Origin: Clostridia bacterium
GTDB taxonomy: Bacteria; Bacillota; Clostridia; Christensenellales; CAG-138
Reading direction: 5' to 3'
DNA length: 64,000 nucleotides
NCBI GenBank assembly: GCA_036651815.1
Contig: JAVVXB010000005.1
Span: 2,107 to 66,106, forward strand
The notes beneath the pieces were generated by a model. That model made no database searches and was not told the origin of the DNA. It saw only the letters and a program-made list of their open reading frames with translations. The position numbers were made by a program, and so were the translations under genes. Shown here piece after piece: positions 1-9,044 of this stretch (position 1 is the stretch's first letter; each line of letters opens with the position of its first letter).

Positions 1-719
1 TTGCCACACATTACGCAGAGCCGCGCGTCATCCGGCAAGGTATGCAGCACTGCAGATAGCAACGCGTTGACGTTGCCAAAGCCCATGCTACCGGTCATCA
101 CCAGCACAATCGGGCAGTCCTGCGGCAGCCCCAGCGTCCTGCGAGCGCTTTTTCGGTCCACAGGACAACGAAACCGCTCGGATACCGGAATTCCTGTTGC
201 TATGAGTTTTTCCTCCGGCACGCCACAGTCCACAAACTCCTGTGCAAGCGCCGCATGCGGAATAAAATACCCTGTCAATTCTGTTTCTCCCACAAAAGGT
301 GTACAGGTGTAGTCCGTTTCCACGAAATAAGCAGGAAGATCCGGGGTAACGCAACGCAGCAGATAGGTCAGCGTTTCGGCAGGAAACACGTGCGTGGAAA
401 CCACCGTATCATATGCATTGTCGGCAATGTACTTGGCAAGCTTTCCGGCATGAATCGCATTGGCATAATAGCAATAGGACGGGTTCTTCGTCCGCGTCAT
501 TTGCTCAGCCACACGGTTGCCAATGGCAAACAATTGCGGCGCGTACCGCGCGCTTTGCACATGGATACCCGCCATCGTACGGGATTCCGCGCGGGAAAAT
601 AGGGATAATGCATCCACCATGCCACAGGGAATCTTCCGTTTTTCGGCTTGTTCCATCAGCGCCCGACCCGCAGAATTGTGTCCTTGGCCGTTATTGGAGG
701 ACAGAATCAGCAGCTTCAT
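1..719 (-). CDS. Diacylglycerol glycosyltransferase, MGDG-synthase/UgtP-like (N-terminal 239 codons; C-terminus lies beyond the window edge)
   Basis: Own minus-strand translation from ATG 719..717, with AAGGAG at 734..729 (9-nt spacer): MKLLILSSNNGQGHNSAGRAL...IATGIPVSERF...PIVLVMTGSMGFG. It stays open to base 1. It is absent from the supplied ORF track because it runs off the edge. Confidence 0.75.
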   Translation of the reverse strand, partial: MKLLILSSNNGQGHNSAGRALMEQAEKRKIPCGMVDALSLFSRAESRTMAGIHVQSARYAPQLFAIGNRVAEQMTRTKNPSYCYYANAIHAGKLAKYIADNAYDTVVSTHVFPAETLTYLLRCVTPDLPAYFVETDYTCTPFVGETELTGYFIPHAALAQEFVDCGVPEEKLIATGIPVSERFRCPVDRKSARRTLGLPQDCPIVLVMTGSMGFGNVNALLSAVLHTLPDDARLCVMCG

Positions 720-1227
720 GTCGAATTTCTCCTTCCTTGTGGAACGTTTGCGCCGGTCGCCCCATACGGTGGAGCATCTTCACAAGCCGTGGACGGTTAT
801 ACCGTTGAATCATAATAAACGGAAGATTGCTCAGTCCATACAATATGGTCATCAGGATGTTCCACGGCCCCTCCATGGTCAGTAGCAGCACTGGACTCAC
901 CAGTAACAGCGCCCAATGTACACATTCCGCCACACAGGTTTCCTGCACAAGCCGCTCCATGTGCGCCGCTGTACGGCCGCTGGCACGAATGCTCTTTTCT
1001 ACTGTTGATTTTACAAATTTGCTCTTATCCGGCAATCGGTTTTTCCAACGTTCGATGCGCAATTTGCTGTAAAACTTCCCATCCTGCTCCCATGCGTATG
1101 GCGCATAGGGGAAGCGGGTCCAGTCGAACGCGCCGCGTGGCAACGCTTCGCCCAAAATATGGGCAAGCAGACCGATGCCACCCACCGTGAGTACACAACA
1201 TCCGAACTGACCAAGAACAAACAACAC
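691..1227 (-). CDS. Membrane acyltransferase-like protein (glycosyl-4,4'-diaponeurosporenoate acyltransferase / CrtO-like family)
   Basis: 178-aa multi-TM ORF. The segment KFYSKLRIERWKNRLPDKSKF resembles the CrtO-like family signature. Its stop overlaps the downstream glycosyltransferase start by 29 nt. Confidence 0.55.
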   Translation of the reverse strand: MLFVLGQFGCCVLTVGGIGLLAHILGEALPRGAFDWTRFPYAPYAWEQDGKFYSKLRIERWKNRLPDKSKFVKSTVEKSIRASGRTAAHMERLVQETCVAECVHWALLLVSPVLLLTMEGPWNILMTILYGLSNLPFIMIQRYNRPRLVKMLHRMGRPAQTFHKEGEIRHEAADSVLQ

Positions 1228-1275
1228 GCAGACATCCCCCCATGGCTTAACTTTTTATTATTTTAGCTAGCAAAT

Positions 1276-1292
1276 GTTAACTCAAGGTTAAC
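1276..1292. promoter_or_regulatory. Candidate operator: GTTAAC-N5-GTTAAC
   Basis: Two identical palindromic hexamers at 1276-1281 and 1287-1292 (11-bp period). They lie in the divergent intergenic region between the lipid genes and the TCS. Confidence 0.3.
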
Positions 1293-1320
1293 CATTCTCT
1301 TCTATTCTGATTCTTTAATA

Positions 1321-1329
1321 TGTTATACT
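1321..1329 (+). promoter_or_regulatory. Candidate extended -10 (TGtTATACT) for the TCS operon
   Basis: TG-N-TATACT lies 26 nt upstream of the TTG start at 1355. No convincing -35 was found. Confidence 0.4.
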
Positions 1330-1354
1330 GGAACTGCGAAAGGAGTCGACTGCA

Positions 1355-2026
1355 TTGCCCAATATTCTGATTGTCGAGGACGACACCGCCCTCAATAAAC
1401 TGATGCATACCGTACTGACGCAAAACGGTTATACGGTTCTGTCCGCCTTCAACGGACGGCAGGCGCTCACCGCCATGGATACTACCCATGTGGACTTGAT
1501 TGTGTCCGATATTATGATGCCTGGCATGGATGGCTACCAACTTGTGGACTCGCTCCGGAAGGCCGGCTACACGCTCCCAATCCTGTTTGTCACGGCCAAA
1601 GGTAGTTTTGACGACAAGAGCCGTGGGTTCACCGTTGGTGTTGATGATTACATGGTCAAGCCCATCGATATTAAGGAGATGGTCTTGCGTGTCTCCGCGC
1701 TGCTGCGCCGAGCTAAGATTGCAAATGAACGCCGTCTGACCGTCGGTAGCACCGTGCTGGATGCAAACACGCTGACCGTGACCACCGATCATGAAACGCT
1801 TTGCCTTCCGCAGAAGGAATTCCAGCTACTGTTTAAGCTGCTCAGTTATCCGGGCAGAGTCTTTACACGCTTTGAAATTATGGATGAAATTTGGGGCTAT
1901 GATTCCGAGAGTGATGAAAGGACCATCAATGTCCATATCAGCAAGCTCCGTAACCGTTTTGAGGACAATCCGTTTTTTTCGATAGAAACGGTACGGGGTC
2001 TTGGTTATAAGGCGGTGATTCGATGA
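1355..2026 (+). CDS. Response regulator, OmpR/PhoB family
   Basis: 223 aa with a TTG start after AAAGGAG. Receiver motifs ILIVEDD and DLIVSDIMMPGMDG. Winged-helix C-terminus ...TVRGLGYKAV. Confidence 0.9.
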   Translation: MPNILIVEDDTALNKLMHTVLTQNGYTVLSAFNGRQALTAMDTTHVDLIVSDIMMPGMDGYQLVDSLRKAGYTLPILFVTAKGSFDDKSRGFTVGVDDYMVKPIDIKEMVLRVSALLRRAKIANERRLTVGSTVLDANTLTVTTDHETLCLPQKEFQLLFKLLSYPGRVFTRFEIMDEIWGYDSESDERTINVHISKLRNRFEDNPFFSIETVRGLGYKAVIR

Positions 2027-3114
2027 AAAAGCATGAACAGCGTGACAATACGAACTTTAAAACCAAGTTTCCGCTGATCTTCTATCTCACGGCATTCAGC
2101 TTCGTCGTCATGGTGCTCTCCGCCATACTGCTATATGGCATCTGGTATCTTGCCGATGCTTTTCATTGGTACAACACGGCAATTATCGGCCTGCGCGTAA
2201 CCATATTGGTGCTGTTTCTCTCCAGCATCCTCGTATCATCCTCCATTGTGCGCATCTATGGAAACCGTTTTCTCTTTGAGAGCATGCGCGCGCTGAGCCG
2301 CGCAAGCAAGCAAGTTGCCGCAGGTGACTTTTCTCCGCGGCTGCCCATTCCCCGTGAACGAGAACTTGGTGAGCTGACGGTGAATTTCAACAATATGGCG
2401 GAACAGTTGGGACGGCAGGAAATGCTGGCAACCGACTTTATCTCAAATGTTTCTCATGAGTTTCGCAATCCGCTCTCCGCCATCCGCGGGTACGCACAGT
2501 TGTTGGATAGCGACGCGCTCTCGTCGGAACAGCGCCACGAATTTCTTGCCGTCATTGAAGAAAAAGCATTGGGTCTCTCCACCCTCGTCACAAATATTCT
2601 AGAGCTTTCCCGTCTGGAAAACCGCGGCTTTGGTACGGATGCGGAAACCTTCTCTCTGGATGAGCAGATTCGGCAGTGCGTGTTGCTCTCCGAACAGGTT
2701 TGGAGTCGCAAAAACCTTGAAATGGACGTTTCCCTCGCTCCTGTCACCTATTGGGGCAACAAGAGTCTGCTCATGGAGGTCTGGCAAAATCTCATCGACA
2801 ACGCCATCAAGTTTACGCCCTCCGGCGGCAAAATCACCATCACACTGTCGGACGCAGACTCGTTTGTAGTGGTGCGCATTGCGGATACGGGCATCGGAAT
2901 GGATTCAGAAACCGCTCAACGTATATTTGACAAGTTTTATCAGGGTAGTTCCTCCCAATCCGGCGAGGGTAACGGGCTCGGTCTATCCATCGTTCAGAAA
3001 ATTCTTTCGTTTTACAACGGTAACACGGAGGTTTTCAGTCAGCCGGGTCGTGGTACGAGTATGCTGGTCACGCTGCCGCGCACCGTTTGTGCGCATCAAC
3101 TCCATTCCATATAA
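2023..3114 (+). CDS. Sensor histidine kinase (2 TM, HAMP, HisKA, HATPase)
   Basis: 363 aa. H-box SHEFRNPLSAI, N-box DNAIKFTP, G-boxes DTGIGM and GNGLGLSIV. ATGA overlap with the upstream response regulator. Confidence 0.9.
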   Translation: MKKHEQRDNTNFKTKFPLIFYLTAFSFVVMVLSAILLYGIWYLADAFHWYNTAIIGLRVTILVLFLSSILVSSSIVRIYGNRFLFESMRALSRASKQVAAGDFSPRLPIPRERELGELTVNFNNMAEQLGRQEMLATDFISNVSHEFRNPLSAIRGYAQLLDSDALSSEQRHEFLAVIEEKALGLSTLVTNILELSRLENRGFGTDAETFSLDEQIRQCVLLSEQVWSRKNLEMDVSLAPVTYWGNKSLLMEVWQNLIDNAIKFTPSGGKITITLSDADSFVVVRIADTGIGMDSETAQRIFDKFYQGSSSQSGEGNGLGLSIVQKILSFYNGNTEVFSQPGRGTSMLVTLPRTVCAHQLHSI

Positions 3115-3151
3115 TTCATGCCGGCCTATGGATTTCTGCGCATAAAAAAAG

Positions 3152-3188
3152 CCCGCCTGCTGCAGCATGCAGCGGATGGGTTTTCTTG
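3152..3188 (+). terminator. Intrinsic terminator (bidirectional: A-run 3144-3150, T-run 3181-3188)
   Basis: 13-bp stem CCCGCCTGCTGCA/TGCAGCGGATGGG with one mismatch, two G-U pairs and a 3-nt loop, followed by TTTTCTTGTT. It sits between convergent genes. Confidence 0.7.
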
Positions 3189-3236
3189 TTGTTAACCGGA
3201 TGATTGATTCCTTTTCCATGAGCAAATTGTCGGCAC

Positions 3237-3656
3237 TTACCAGCGTTTGATGATCGTCAGGCAGTTCTTCCCGTCCGCATACGCATACGAAACCTCATCC
3301 ATCAGCTTTTTGACCATATAGATGCCAAGTCCGCCGATCTGCCGTTTTTCCGCAGCCAACGTAATGTCAGGATCGCTTTTCTCCATCGGATTATATGCTT
3401 TGCCACAATCCGTAACTCGAATGGTAACCGCTTGCTCACACACATCGGCATCAAGCGTCACATCACCTACGCCTTCGTCATATGCGTAGTTGACAATATT
3501 GACAAATACTTCCTCTACCGCCATTGTCAGGTACGTTTCAACCGCCGCTGGGCAGTTGTGTTTCTCCAGTACCACGGCAATAAACTGCATTACCTGATCG
3601 AGCCGATCCACCTCGGCTGGCACGACAAGGCGCATGAACTGCTCCTCTCCCCGCAC
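3237..3656 (-). CDS. Anti-sigma regulatory factor, serine kinase (RsbW/SpoIIAB-like)
   Basis: 139 aa with a small HATPase fold: EEVFVNIVNYAY (N-box-like) and QIGGLGIYMVKKLMD (G-box). It lies directly downstream of a STAS gene. Confidence 0.8.
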   Translation of the reverse strand: MRGEEQFMRLVVPAEVDRLDQVMQFIAVVLEKHNCPAAVETYLTMAVEEVFVNIVNYAYDEGVGDVTLDADVCEQAVTIRVTDCGKAYNPMEKSDPDITLAAEKRQIGGLGIYMVKKLMDEVSYAYADGKNCLTIIKRW

Positions 3657-3681
3657 TTTGTGGGCATGGTCTGTTCCGGTA

Positions 3682-3981
3682 TTACGGTTGAATGGTTAAA
3701 ATTTCGCAAAAACCCGTGATGTTAAACACGTCCATAATCTCATCGCAGACATGAACGACACTCATACGCCCCTGGGTATTCATGCACTTTTGTGCACCCA
3801 GCAATACCCGCAGCCCTGCGGACGATACATAGGTCAAGTTTTTAAAATCCAACGTCAATTCAGTGATATTCGTCAGCGATTCGGCAAATGTTTTCTCGAG
3901 CTCCGGCGCCGTCATGGTATCCAGCCTTCCAGTCAATATCAGCGTAAGCTGTTGCCCCTGGCCTTGCTTCTCTATCGTCAT
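3682..3981 (-). CDS. STAS-domain anti-sigma-factor antagonist (RsbV/SpoIIAA-like)
   Basis: 99 aa. Conserved phosphorylatable serine context DFKNLTYVSSAGLRVLL. Confidence 0.85.
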   Translation of the reverse strand: MTIEKQGQGQQLTLILTGRLDTMTAPELEKTFAESLTNITELTLDFKNLTYVSSAGLRVLLGAQKCMNTQGRMSVVHVCDEIMDVFNITGFCEILTIQP

Positions 3982-4278
3982 CGTCTGTCCTCCCGCCCCA
4001 ATCCTGTTTTCGGATGATACGTTTTAGTATAGCACACGCGGTTTTCCATCGCAACACGGTCTCAACGCCTATCAGGGCCTGTTTCAGACAAAGCTTGTGC
4101 ACCATTGCAAGCCATTGAACCGTGTTAAATCTGACGAATTTTTTCAACCCGCAGCTTTCAGAATCACTTGCAATTGCCGCCACACATCAAAAATGCGCAC
4201 AATATTTTCATAAACATGCCCTGCTGATTCCGTCTTTCAATCATCCCGTTCTTTGGATGATTGAATAGACACCACGAT

Positions 4279-4317
4279 TTTACAAAGATTTGATGTTCTC
4301 CATATTCATTTTTGACA
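4279..4317 (+). promoter_or_regulatory. Candidate Pho-box array upstream of pstS
   Basis: Hexamers TTTACA (4279), TTGATG (4290), CATATT (4301) and TTGACA (4312) at an exact 11-bp period. This resembles PhoP-type TT(A/T/C)ACA repeats. The last hexamer sits about 50 nt upstream of the pstS ATG. Confidence 0.35.
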
Positions 4318-4367
4318 ATTGTTGGCTATCCTAAAGCCATAAAGATAAAAAGAAAAGAGGCATACCT

Positions 4368-5252
4368 ATGAAAAAGAAAATTGCAGGAATCATCGCGGCA
4401 ACCATGGGTCTCATCGGATTATTGGGCTGCTCAACACCCAACACACCGCCTGCGAACACGGCCAAAGCGGACAGCATCGTTGTCATCTCGCGTGAGGATG
4501 GTTCCGGTACGCGCGGCGCATTCATCGAGTTGTTTGGCGTCGAAGAAAAAGATGCGGACGGCAATCAGGTCGACCATACCACCGAAGACGCCGATATCAC
4601 CAACAGCACCTCCGTGATGATGCAATCCGTTGCCGGCAATCGTAACGCCATTGGCTACATCTCCTTAGGTTCGCTTAATGCCACGGTAAAAGCGGCCAGA
4701 ATCGATGGCGTGGAAGCCAGCGTAGACAACATTAAGGCCGGTCTTTATCAAATTGCCCGTCCATTCAATATAGCAACAAAAGCAACCGTCTCCGATGCCA
4801 CCACGGCATTCATCAGCTTTATTGTAAGTGCGCAAGGCCAGGCGGTCATCGAAACAAACGGCTACATCTCTGCCATGGAGAACATCACGCCCTTTGCCGG
4901 AAGCACGGTTTCGGGCAAGGTCGTTGTCGCCGGTAGCTCCTCCGTCACACCAGTGATGGAAAAGCTGAAGGAAGCTTATCAGCTCGTCAATCCCAATGCG
5001 GAGATCGAGATTCAGCAGAGCGACTCCTCCACGGGCATGAATATGGCCATTGACGGCAGTTGTGACATCGGCATGGCCTCAAGAGCGCTCAAGGACAGCG
5101 AGCTTGAGAAAGGCATCGCGCCCACGGTCATCGCCATGGACGGCATCGCAGTCATTGTAAACAATGCCAGCACGGTCAATGAACTCACCAGTGATCAAGT
5201 GCGCCGCATTTTCACCGGCGATATTGTGAAATGGAACGAACTTCTTGGCTGA
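4368..5252 (+). CDS. pstS: Phosphate ABC transporter substrate-binding lipoprotein
   Basis: 294 aa. Lipobox GLLGC. SGTRGAF and GYISLG motifs are typical of PstS. First gene of the pst cluster. Confidence 0.9.
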   Translation: MKKKIAGIIAATMGLIGLLGCSTPNTPPANTAKADSIVVISREDGSGTRGAFIELFGVEEKDADGNQVDHTTEDADITNSTSVMMQSVAGNRNAIGYISLGSLNATVKAARIDGVEASVDNIKAGLYQIARPFNIATKATVSDATTAFISFIVSAQGQAVIETNGYISAMENITPFAGSTVSGKVVVAGSSSVTPVMEKLKEAYQLVNPNAEIEIQQSDSSTGMNMAIDGSCDIGMASRALKDSELEKGIAPTVIAMDGIAVIVNNASTVNELTSDQVRRIFTGDIVKWNELLG

Positions 5253-5313
5253 GCAACATCCGCTACAGGGCCGGCGTTCGTCCGGCTCTTCGTCGGTTTC
5301 GGGAGGATTGGAT

Positions 5314-6150
5314 ATGAATCATTTCCGCGAAAGCGCAGCCAGAGTCATCTTCTGCATTGCTGCGTGCGGTTGCATTCTGGCAGTGGCACTCATTACAATA
5401 TTTCTGTTTGCCAACGGCCTACCCGCCATCGGGAAAATCGGCATTTTTGATTTTTTGCTTGGAAAAACCTGGAAACCAGGTAACGATCTCTATGGCATCT
5501 TGCCCATGATCCTCGGCAGCATCTACGTAACCGCAGGTGCGCTGCTGCTAGGGGTTCCCGTTGGCATACTGACGGCCGTCTATCTAAGCCGTTTCGCCTC
5601 TGCACGCACCAAGTGGTTGCTGCGTCCAGCAGTGCAGCTACTGGCAGGCATCCCCTCGGTCGTCTACGGTTTTTTTGGTCTGGTGGTAATCGTGCCACTC
5701 ATTAGCGGACGCGGCAGCATGTTAGCCGCATGCGTCATTTTAGGCATCATGATTCTGCCCACAGTAATTTCGGTCAGTGAAAGCGCGCTCAATGCTGCGC
5801 CGATAGGCTATTATGAAGGCGCGCTGGCGCTGGGCGTCACGCACGAACGAGCCGTGTTTTCCGTGTTGTTGCCCGCGGCCAGATCCGGTGTGATGGCAGG
5901 CGTAATCCTGGGCGTTGGCCGCGCCATCGGGGAAGCCATGGCGGTTATGATGGTTGCCGGCAATCAGGCACGCATGCCAAAGGGACTGCTCAAGGGAGTG
6001 CGTACGCTTACAACCAATATCGTTCTCGAAATGGGATATTCCGCCGACCTGCACCGGGAAGCGCTGATCGCCACTGCGGTGGTGTTATTCGTCTTCATTT
6101 TGCTCATCAACGTGCTGTTCTCGCTAGCAAAGAGGAGGAACGAGGCATGA
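5314..6150 (+). CDS. pstC: Phosphate ABC transporter permease PstC
   Basis: The track ORF runs 5245-6150. I prefer ATG 5314, preceded by GGGAGG (8 nt). Multi-TM protein with the EAA-type loop of pst permeases. Confidence 0.88.
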   Translation: MNHFRESAARVIFCIAACGCILAVALITIFLFANGLPAIGKIGIFDFLLGKTWKPGNDLYGILPMILGSIYVTAGALLLGVPVGILTAVYLSRFASARTKWLLRPAVQLLAGIPSVVYGFFGLVVIVPLISGRGSMLAACVILGIMILPTVISVSESALNAAPIGYYEGALALGVTHERAVFSVLLPAARSGVMAGVILGVGRAIGEAMAVMMVAGNQARMPKGLLKGVRTLTTNIVLEMGYSADLHREALIATAVVLFVFILLINVLFSLAKRRNEA

Positions 6151-6977
6151 AACAAGCCAAGATATACGCGGCTGTTCTACGCACCGCGGTACGTACAGCC
6201 GCTCTGCTGACCGCCGCCGTGCTGGTGGTGATCGTCGGATATATCCTCATTAAGGGAATCCCACAAATCACGCCCGACCTGTTCGCTTGGACCTACAGCA
6301 GTGAAAACGTATCTCTGTTGCCGGCGCTCATCAACACGATCTTGATAACGCTGCTCTCCCTCGTCATCGCAGTGCCGCTCGGCGTGTTCGCCGCCATTTA
6401 TCTTGTGGAATACGCCCGGCGTGGCAACAGGCTCGTGGAGCTTGTGCGCACCACGGCGGAGACACTCTCCGGCATTCCCTCCATCGTCTACGGTCTGTTC
6501 GGTATGCTGTTTTTCGTCACCACGATGAAGCTTGGGCTGTCGTTGCTCTCTGGCGCGCTAACGTTATCAATCATGATCCTGCCGCTCATTATGCGTACCA
6601 CCGAGGAAGCCCTTCTGAGCGTACCGGACGCTTTCCGCGAGGGCAGCTTTGGTCTCGGTGCCGGACGGCTGCGCACCGTTTTCCGCATTGTGTTGCCAAG
6701 CGCAATCCCCGGGATTTTAACGGGTGTGATCCTTGGCATCGGGCGCATTGTTGGCGAAACCGCTGCGCTGATCTATACGGCAGGTACAGTTGCCGAGGTA
6801 CCCCGCAATATTTTCAGCTCCACCCGAACCCTTTCTGTACATCTCTACGCGCTCTCGCAGGAGGGATTGTACCTCAACCAAACCTACGCCACTGCCGTTG
6901 TGCTGCTGCTGATCATCGTTGCGATCAATGCGCTGTCGGCTTTTGTCGCAAGAAGGATTGAAAAACGGCATGAATAA
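6147..6977 (+). CDS. pstA: Phosphate ABC transporter permease PstA
   Basis: 276 aa with an ATGA overlap with pstC. Segment ...[23 protein letters not shown]... is typical of PstA. Confidence 0.9.
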   Translation: MKQAKIYAAVLRTAVRTAALLTAAVLVVIVGYILIKGIPQITPDLFAWTYSSENVSLLPALINTILITLLSLVIAVPLGVFAAIYLVEYARRGNRLVELVRTTAETLSGIPSIVYGLFGMLFFVTTMKLGLSLLSGALTLSIMILPLIMRTTEEALLSVPDAFREGSFGLGAGRLRTVFRIVLPSAIPGILTGVILGIGRIVGETAALIYTAGTVAEVPRNIFSSTRTLSVHLYALSQEGLYLNQTYATAVVLLLIIVAINALSAFVARRIEKRHE

Positions 6978-7719
6978 ATTTGATATTCAACAACTGAATC
7001 TGTATTACGGTTCCTTTCAGGCACTGAGCAACGTTTCCCTATCCCTGCCGGAGCGGGAGATTACAGCCTTTATTGGGCCAAGCGGCTGTGGCAAGAGTAC
7101 GCTGCTTAAGACTCTGAACCGCATGAACGATCTTGTGGAGGGCTGCCACATCAACGGACGGGTTACGCTTGACGGTGAAGATATCTACCGCGGCATGGAT
7201 GTAACACGCCTACGTAAACGCGTAGGCATGGTGTTTCAAAAGCCGAATCCATTTCCCATGAGCGTATACGACAACATCGCCTTCGGTCCGCGCACCCATG
7301 GTATCCGTAGCCGCGCAAAGCTTGACGATATCGTGGAGCAGTCGCTCACCAACGCCGCCATCTGGGAAGAGTTGAAAGACCGGCTCAAAAAGGATGCGCT
7401 GGGACTTTCCGGTGGACAACAACAGCGCTTGTGCATTGCCCGAGCGCTGGCTGTGGAACCCGAAGTACTGCTCATGGACGAACCGACCAGTGCACTCGAC
7501 CCCATCTCAACGAGTAAGATTGAAGATCTTGCCGTCTCGCTCAAGGAACACTATACTATCATCATGGTGACGCACAATATGCAGCAGGCCGCTCGCATCT
7601 CCGATCAAACTGCATTTTTCCTGCTGGGCGAAGTCGTTGAATTTGGAGAGACGGAAACCATCTTTTCCGTCCCGCAGGACAAACGCACCGAGGATTATAT
7701 TACAGGGAGGTTCGGCTAA
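6970..7719 (+). CDS. pstB: Phosphate ABC transporter ATP-binding protein PstB
   Basis: Start chosen at ATG 6970 ([14 protein letters not shown]), overlapping the pstA stop. Walker [10 protein letters not shown], signature LSGGQQQR, Walker [12 protein letters not shown]. Confidence 0.95.
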   Translation: MNKFDIQQLNLYYGSFQALSNVSLSLPEREITAFIGPSGCGKSTLLKTLNRMNDLVEGCHINGRVTLDGEDIYRGMDVTRLRKRVGMVFQKPNPFPMSVYDNIAFGPRTHGIRSRAKLDDIVEQSLTNAAIWEELKDRLKKDALGLSGGQQQRLCIARALAVEPEVLLMDEPTSALDPISTSKIEDLAVSLKEHYTIIMVTHNMQQAARISDQTAFFLLGEVVEFGETETIFSVPQDKRTEDYITGRFG

Positions 7720-7720
7720 A

Positions 7721-8374
7721 ATGAGAAAGACCTTTGATGAGCAGCTAAGCCTGCTGAACAAGGAATTGCTGACCATGGGTGCGCTTATTGAGCATACCAT
7801 TCAGGCCGCCAGCGAAGCGCTGGTCCATCAGGACGTTGACGCTGCCAACTGCGCCATTGCCTTCGATCGGGAGGTTGACCAAAAAGAACGCGACATCGAA
7901 ACGCTCTGTCTAAAGTTGTTGTTGCAGCAGCAGCCGGTGGCGCGCGATCTTCGCCTCATCTCAGCTGCACTCAAGATGATTACTGACATGGAGCGCATTG
8001 GCGACCAGGCTGCGGATATCTCCGGTCTTGTACTGTATCTTGCCGGCAAGCCTTTCATTAAAACACTGGATCACCTTCCGCAGATGGCCGAGGCCGCCAT
8101 CCGCATGGTGACCGGTAGCATCGATGCATTCGTGAAAAGAGATCTTGCCCTTGCCAAAACTGTCATCGCGATGGATGACATCATTGATGATTTGTTCGAT
8201 ATTGTCAAGGACGAACTGATTGCCCTCATTCGAGCCAACTCCGACAATGGCGAGCAGGCAATCGATCTGCTCATGATATCCAAGTATTTTGAGCGCATCG
8301 GCGACCACGCACAAAACATCGCCGAATGGGCAGAATATTCCATCACCGGCATTCACAAAGGAGCGGAGCTATGA
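7721..8374 (+). CDS. phoU: Phosphate signalling regulator PhoU
   Basis: Start chosen at ATG 7721, 2 nt after the pstB stop. Duplicated PhoU repeats with E(R)IGD motifs (MERIGDQAADI, FERIGDHAQNI). Confidence 0.9.
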   Translation: MRKTFDEQLSLLNKELLTMGALIEHTIQAASEALVHQDVDAANCAIAFDREVDQKERDIETLCLKLLLQQQPVARDLRLISAALKMITDMERIGDQAADISGLVLYLAGKPFIKTLDHLPQMAEAAIRMVTGSIDAFVKRDLALAKTVIAMDDIIDDLFDIVKDELIALIRANSDNGEQAIDLLMISKYFERIGDHAQNIAEWAEYSITGIHKGAEL

Positions 8375-9039
8375 TTGCTTATGTCGAGGACGATCCAAAT
8401 ATTCGAGAGCTGGTGGTCTATACGCTGAATCAGACCGGGCTCTCCGCAGTGAGCTACGACGGTGCGCAGGCGTTCTATGCATCTCTTGCCGCAGCGCTGC
8501 CAGAGCTTGTTTTGCTCGATATTATGCTGCCCGGCGAGGACGGACTTTCCATACTGAAACATCTGCGCTCCACTCCACGCACCGCGCAGCTACCCGTGAT
8601 GCTTCTTACGGCCAAGGGTGCTGAATACGACAAGGTGGCCGGCCTGGATCAAGGTGCGGACGATTACCTCGCAAAACCCTTTGGCATGGCCGAGCTAGTG
8701 GCCCGGGTTAAGGCTCTTCTCCGGCGTACCGCGCCAAAGACCGGCCCACGCATGCTCACAATCGGCACGCTTAGCATGGATCCCATCCGTCACAAAGTCT
8801 TTTCAGATGGAACTGAGCTTTTGCTCACCCGCAAGGAGTTTGCGCTACTCAACTACCTTATGGAAAATACCGGACGCACGTTTACACGTGAACAGTTATT
8901 GGAAATGGTCTGGGGCTACGATTATGAAGGCGGCACGCGCACGGTGGATGTCCATGTGCAGACGCTCCGAAGCAAGTTGGGATTAAGCGGCGCACTGGTT
9001 GAAACCGTACGCGGCATCGGCTATCGGTTTGGGAGCTGA
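8371..9039 (+). CDS. Response regulator, PhoP/PhoB type (OmpR family)
   Basis: Start chosen at ATG 8371 (MIAYVEDDPNI), an ATGA overlap with phoU. Receiver plus winged helix (VETVRGIGYRF). The pst-phoU context supports a Pho-regulon role. Confidence 0.85.
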   Translation: MIAYVEDDPNIRELVVYTLNQTGLSAVSYDGAQAFYASLAAALPELVLLDIMLPGEDGLSILKHLRSTPRTAQLPVMLLTAKGAEYDKVAGLDQGADDYLAKPFGMAELVARVKALLRRTAPKTGPRMLTIGTLSMDPIRHKVFSDGTELLLTRKEFALLNYLMENTGRTFTREQLLEMVWGYDYEGGTRTVDVHVQTLRSKLGLSGALVETVRGIGYRFGS

Positions 9040-9044
9040 GTATT

